DNA of 64,000 bases from Candidatus Heimdallarchaeota archaeon (GTDB lineage Archaea; Asgardarchaeota; Heimdallarchaeia; Hodarchaeales; Hodarchaeaceae), in contig DXJL01000104.1 in assembly GCA_019057635.1 (NCBI GenBank), forward strand, positions 43,512-107,511. Direction: 5' to 3'. The notes below the pieces were generated by a model. It had not been told where the DNA came from and did not search any database. It was given only the letters and a program-made list of their open reading frames with translations. The stretch's first letter is position 1; every line of letters starts with the position of its first letter. Both the position numbers and the translations under genes were made by a program. Shown in pieces: positions 60,721 through 64,000 of this stretch.

Positions 60721-62829
60721 TTAATGTCTTCTTTTTCCCCAATCAAAACTTTTCCAGCTTGAATCAGATTTTTTATCGTCTTTCTGATCGATGAGGACAG
60801 AATTTCGTAGCTTTGCAGAATCGACTTGGGCCAATTTAAAGCTTATATTTTGCTCAAGTGTCTGTAGTGACTCTTCGAAAGATTTCGATTCCACTCCTAT
60901 TTCTTTTAGCTTTGGCAAAATCAATTCGTTAAATTGAGTTGATATAGTCTTTAAATATTCAATAATTTTCACTAAAGCTTCGCCATTAAGAGAAATGGAC
61001 GATTTAGTTACTTCACCAGAGGGGAGTTCAAGTGATTCTTCCTCCACCATTTCACCTGGTGTAAAGACGATTGTGGAAGATTCTGACTCCCTTTCGTCAC
61101 TTACAAAATCTGTACTGATAATTTCAATACTATGATCAATGGAAATTATGGTTCCTTCGCCTTCCTTCCATAATAATCCTTTAACGGGTTCAGTATGACG
61201 ACAAACTTCTTTTACATTGATTATGTTTGGACCATCTAACTCCATTTGGAAAAGAACATTTTTTGCTGCAAAAAACAATTGCGAGTTATCTACAACTTTA
61301 ATGCATTGGATCGACGCAGAGGAGGTGTAAGATCCAATCTTACGATTTGTTGTCTTTTCTAGCAATAATATCTCCCCATTATCAAGACCTACGACATTAT
61401 AAGCAAATTCAAGCGTTGTATATATGGACTTAACTGGTGCAGAAACTTTTAAAGAGCTAATTAACTTACCTGAAGGGTTCCAAAAACGTACGAGTTTATC
61501 ATCAGATCCAGATACGATGACTTCATCATTTAGAAAGAACACCGTACTAATGTAATCGTCATGAGCCGCCCAGCTAGTTATTTTTTTACCCTCTGTATTG
61601 AAAATATGAATACTATTATCTCCACTACAACCTGCTGCAAAGAAGGTTTCTGAAGGAGATAATGCCAATGTTGTTACGAGAGGAACTTCCTTGATTCGTT
61701 TCAATTCCGTTCTTTGTGTTAATTGAAAGAGAGAAATACTATCATCGAATGACCCCGCAATGATTGTTTGTGTTCCTGAAATATAGGCCACTGAAGATAC
61801 TGTTTCCGAATGTGAAGTGAGACTTTCATCATTACCCGAATTAAAGTCCAATCTATGAACAGCATTATCTCCTGATCCATACACTAGAGAATGATTATCT
61901 AAAAATGTTACTGATTCTACTGTCTTCGAACGGCCTTTTGCTGTATCTAGAATCTGTCCTGATTTAGAAAATTGAGAAATACTATTTTCTCCTGATCCTC
62001 TGAGAATGTTACCATGCAAAGTAATTATTGGATTACATCCCGAGAGTTCTTGCGGAGTTAATTCAAGCTGACCTGTCGGCATATCAACGAACAGTAAGTA
62101 TCTGTCACCAGAGACAACAATAATTCTGTGTTGGGAACTGAAAATGACACTTTGAGGAGTGAATTTAAGTTTGAAACCAAATTTCGGCTTGAAATTAAGA
62201 TCATGGACTTTACCTGTTCCATCTTCGGATACTGTTATGATATCCTGTCCATCTCTATGAATTGAAGTGATTAATCCATCGTGTATTTGGTATTCCTGAA
62301 TGATTTCTCGTTCATCACAATCTATTACTGCAATGCTCCCATTACGCTTTGGAATACCTACAGTATGGTTATCAAGCCATATTAAGGAATCACCAGAGAC
62401 ATTATCCACAACAACACGAGTACCTATACTATCAGTGTCATGATTGTAGATATACAACTCATCATCAAATGTGACTATAGCTGTCTTTGAACTATCGGGG
62501 CTAGTTCCAAGAAGACTTCGGAAGACTTTACCTTCTCCTATTTCTCGTTTTGAGTTCTTTCTTAAATCATGTGCATATGCTTTTGAAGAATCAGCAAGAA
62601 CTACAATGAGTTTTTTGTCATCAGGTGTCACTTCTAAACCTTCGATTGCTTCTGGGAAAAAAAATAACACCTTTTGCTGTTTCATTTCATCCCAGATCCT
62701 CACTGTCCCATCAAATGAACACGACGCAAATCGATTTGAGTGATGAAAGGCAGCTAGTCTCATCACACTAAATTTGTGGCCAGTAACACCAGAGAATAAC
62801 ATTTTAGGTCTAGACTTCATGATATTCAC
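60721..62829 (-). CDS. WD40-repeat protein (probably two beta-propellers) with helical C-terminus
   Basis: GH...SCSFDGTVRIWD, VSEDGTGKV, GSFDDSISLF, SGSDDKLVRFWN repeats over about 575 aa. Confidence 0.9.
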   Translation of the reverse strand: MNIMKSRPKMLFSGVTGHKFSVMRLAAFHHSNRFASCSFDGTVRIWDEMKQQKVLFFFPEAIEGLEVTPDDKKLIVVLADSSKAYAHDLRKNSKREIGEGKVFRSLLGTSPDSSKTAIVTFDDELYIYNHDTDSIGTRVVVDNVSGDSLIWLDNHTVGIPKRNGSIAVIDCDEREIIQEYQIHDGLITSIHRDGQDIITVSEDGTGKVHDLNFKPKFGFKLKFTPQSVIFSSQHRIIVVSGDRYLLFVDMPTGQLELTPQELSGCNPIITLHGNILRGSGENSISQFSKSGQILDTAKGRSKTVESVTFLDNHSLVYGSGDNAVHRLDFNSGNDESLTSHSETVSSVAYISGTQTIIAGSFDDSISLFQLTQRTELKRIKEVPLVTTLALSPSETFFAAGCSGDNSIHIFNTEGKKITSWAAHDDYISTVFFLNDEVIVSGSDDKLVRFWNPSGKLISSLKVSAPVKSIYTTLEFAYNVVGLDNGEILLLEKTTNRKIGSYTSSASIQCIKVVDNSQLFFAAKNVLFQMELDGPNIINVKEVCRHTEPVKGLLWKEGEGTIISIDHSIEIISTDFVSDERESESSTIVFTPGEMVEEESLELPSGEVTKSSISLNGEALVKIIEYLKTISTQFNELILPKLKEIGVESKSFEESLQTLEQNISFKLAQVDSAKLRNSVLIDQKDDKKSDSSWKSFDWGKRRH

Positions 62830-63004
62830 CTCACGACTGTAAACTTTTTTTTCTTTTGGGTAATTATTCTATAAAATATTTGTATCTAAAGAACAAATGG
62901 CATATATACTGGTTATAACAAATTTACGGGGTTGAAAATAAGAGAACTATGTCAAAAACAGTTGGTTCTCTAAAAGATACTCTATTCCATAATGAAAACT
63001 GGGT

Positions 63005-64000
63005 TTGGAAGTATTGAAAAACGAAGATATTCAACAACGTCGAAGTGGGATCCTTCTGCATCCGACAAGCTTACCGGGCAACCATGGGATCGGAGATATT
63101 GGTCCAGAATTATACCGATTTATAGATTACTTACATAAATATGGACAAACTCTTTGGCAAATTCTGCCTCTAGGACCGACAGGGTATGGAAATTCTCCTT
63201 ATCAATGCTTCTCTGCTTTTGCAGGTAATCCATTACTAATAAGTCCTCAAATACTAATGCAAATGGATTTATTAACAAAACATGATTCTACTCCTCCTAA
63301 ATTTAGTAACAAGTCACGAATTGAATACGAATCTGTTATTACTTATAAACAAAAAATAATCGAAATTGCTTATAGAAATTACACTCAGAAGGCTGATCCT
63401 ACCTTAGAAGCTGAATTAAATAATTTTATTGAAGTTCACGGTTATTGGCTAAACGAATTTGCATTATTCATGTCATTAAAAAAAGCTAACAATATGAAAT
63501 CATGGATTGAATGGAAAACTTCTTTTAAAAAACGAGAGCCATCTACAATCGCAAAATGGATCGAAAACAACACATATGATATTGAGCTGTTTAAATTTTC
63601 CCAATATTTATTCTTTAAACAATGGGAGATGGCGAAAAAGTATGCGAATCAAAGAAACGTAAAAATTGTAGGGGACATCCCTATTTTCGTTGCTTATGAT
63701 TCCGTTGATGTCTGGTCTAATCCTGATTTATATTTTCTGGATGATGAAGGGGAATTACTATTTGTTGCTGGAGTCCCACCTGACTACTTCTCCGAAACAG
63801 GGCAAAGATGGGGGAACCCATTATATCGATGGGACGAAATGAAGAAGAATGGCTATGAGTGGTGGTTAAAAAGAATCAAACACAATTTGGAACAAGTAGA
63901 CATCCTTCGAATTGATCATTTCAGAGGTTTTGAATCTTTTTGGCAGATTTCTGCTGAAGAAGAAACAGCTGTGGAGGGGAAGTGGATTAAAGGACCTGGA
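63005..64000 (+). CDS. malQ: 4-alpha-glucanotransferase (GH77), truncated by the window end; absent from the ORF track
   Basis: Manual translation: RRSGILLHPTSLPG..GIGDIG, WQILPLGPTGYGNSPYQ, GDIPIFVAYDS, AGVPPDYFSETGQRWGNPLY, RIDHFRGF. Start is TTG 63005 or 63014. Confidence 0.95.
   Translation, partial: MEVLKNEDIQQRRSGILLHPTSLPGNHGIGDIGPELYRFIDYLHKYGQTLWQILPLGPTGYGNSPYQCFSAFAGNPLLISPQILMQMDLLTKHDSTPPKFSNKSRIEYESVITYKQKIIEIAYRNYTQKADPTLEAELNNFIEVHGYWLNEFALFMSLKKANNMKSWIEWKTSFKKREPSTIAKWIENNTYDIELFKFSQYLFFKQWEMAKKYANQRNVKIVGDIPIFVAYDSVDVWSNPDLYFLDDEGELLFVAGVPPDYFSETGQRWGNPLYRWDEMKKNGYEWWLKRIKHNLEQVDILRIDHFRGFESFWQISAEEETAVEGKWIKGPG

Noticed and set aside
1208-62743. Many short ORFs in the track that overlap larger genes (e.g. 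12004-12387, 27684-28127, 33501-34046, 52679-53122)
   Set aside because: Antisense or off-frame shadows of well-supported genes, with no motifs.
1-64000. Genome-wide TAG reassignment
   Set aside because: radA, glpK, hypC, taw1, the M20 peptidase, the SDR and the kinase end in TAG at plausible C-termini.
1-64000. tRNA, rRNA, CRISPR array, intact transposase or prophage; in-frame TGA (selenocysteine)
   Set aside because: None recognised in intergenic gaps or ORFs by eye; small RNAs could have been missed.

Overview
AT-rich, gene-dense archaeal chromosomal segment. RadA, Orc1/Cdc6, Taw1/TYW1, a DRG-family GTPase and several eukaryote-like domain architectures suggest an Asgard archaeon, probably Heimdallarchaeia-like; this taxonomy is an inference. 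About 50 protein-coding genes cover transport, HypE/C/F hydrogenase maturation, glycerol kinase, glucan metabolism, peptidases and two-component signalling. No tRNA, rRNA or CRISPR array was recognised. The main observations are: (1) a MoxR-type AAA+ gene joined to a vWA gene by a classic -1 frameshift cassette (A_AAA_AAC, immediate TAG, GC hairpin), co-oriented with a long coiled-coil/winged-helix protein gene; (2) a two-pass membrane protein with an RGG N-terminus, an APD1-4-like extracytoplasmic domain, zinc ribbons and a C-terminal RING-like finger (candidate membrane E3 ligase); (3) a receiver domain fused to a uDENN/longin-like domain; (4) a PiT phosphate transporter gene with two in-frame TAG codons; (5) a 47-bp IS200/IS605-type end scar directly before the cdc6 start codon. 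All family assignments come from motif recognition by eye; no searches were run.
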